NCBI RefSeq assembly: GCF_006345805.1
Contig: NW_021832124.1
Span: 1 to 64,000 of the forward strand
DNA: 64,000 nucleotides
Direction: 5' to 3'
Source: Octopus sinensis
Lineage: Eukaryota
This document shows positions 63,501 to 64,000 of this stretch, piece by piece (the first letter of the stretch is position 1; each line of letters starts with the position of its first letter). The position numbers and the translations under genes are program-made. The notes under the pieces are model-generated. The model made no database searches and was not told where the DNA came from. It was given only the letters and a program-made list of their open reading frames with translations.

Positions 63501-64000
63501 GAATAATGGAGACAGGACATGTGGAGGCTCACGATTATGCAATCGGCATTGATCGGGTCTTTATGAAGGACGGTGTCCTTAGTCGACTAAATGAATTCCG
63601 TGATCGTCTAATAACGGATTATATGATATCATTTCAAAGCAAAGTTCGGTCATATATATCAAAAATGACATTTCGGAGAATGCAGGTGAAGTTGAGACAA
63701 TTTTTAAGGACAGAATGTGTTTTCTTGTGTGCAGACAATCCAACACAACCTGAGGCTTTATCTGGGACTTAAACAGTGGCGGTGGTGGCAGCTGTATGTC
63801 GGACTGCTTCCTTTGGCTTCCGTTTCCGGCATTGACGCTCCAATTCGAGCACTTAAAGAAAAATTGGAACGAACTGAGCTGATTCTCTCAGAGAAGAATT
63901 TTGTTGTTGAACAAATGAAAGAAAAAGTTGTAAATGTGTCATATTCCCCAGATAGAAGCACTCACTAAGGAAATGATGGACGATAAAATAAATTTGAGCG
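60593..64000 (+). CDS. MYO18A: Myosin XVIII (PDZ, degenerate motor, IQ/coiled-coil start); runs off the right edge
   Basis: PDZ (GDRLISV), WLVHRYGFS, NPRDLDFVEDCSNLWYLNEC, PPHLFSV, degenerate P-loop GHRGSSKS, EKWSCLY, WRWWQLY; tiny introns throughout. Confidence 0.92.

Overview
Eukaryotic (animal) genomic DNA, AT-rich, standard genetic code. Genes are broken by very short spliceosomal introns (22-32 nt in those I traced). That intron size, plus a ciliary central-pair gene (HYDIN) and a PDZ-bearing myosin XVIII, points to a reduced ciliated metazoan parasite; a dicyemid-like genome is my inference, not something proven from the sequence. Host genes recognised: SMARCA2/4 (partial), EEA1-like, PTPMT1, OSTM1, EIF3E, CHCHD4/MIA40, SUPT5H, a minimal YAP/Yorkie-like gene, HYDIN (16 kb), RNASEH2B, RAB5, GSS and MYO18 (partial). 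Regions ~8.9-27.5 kb, 50.9-54.7 kb and 58.4-60.3 kb hold decayed elements (APE-type LINEs, RTE, CRE-like, R4-like, pogo, hAT/Charlie, Tc1/IS630-like) mixed with intron-retaining host-gene fragments (DDX56, USP, WDR24, RIO kinase). Top observations: (1) a repeated gene-scale strand polarity, C/A-rich at the 5' end and G/T-rich at the 3' end of the sense strand, which extends into introns; (2) tiny introns with almost no signal beyond GT/GC..AG, many of them 3n and stop-free; (3) a YAP-like gene with no canonical WW domain; (4) two LINE insertions at the same target nick; (5) the same ~69-nt RT deletion in two diverged LINE lineages. No bacterial-type system, CRISPR array, tRNA or rRNA was supported.
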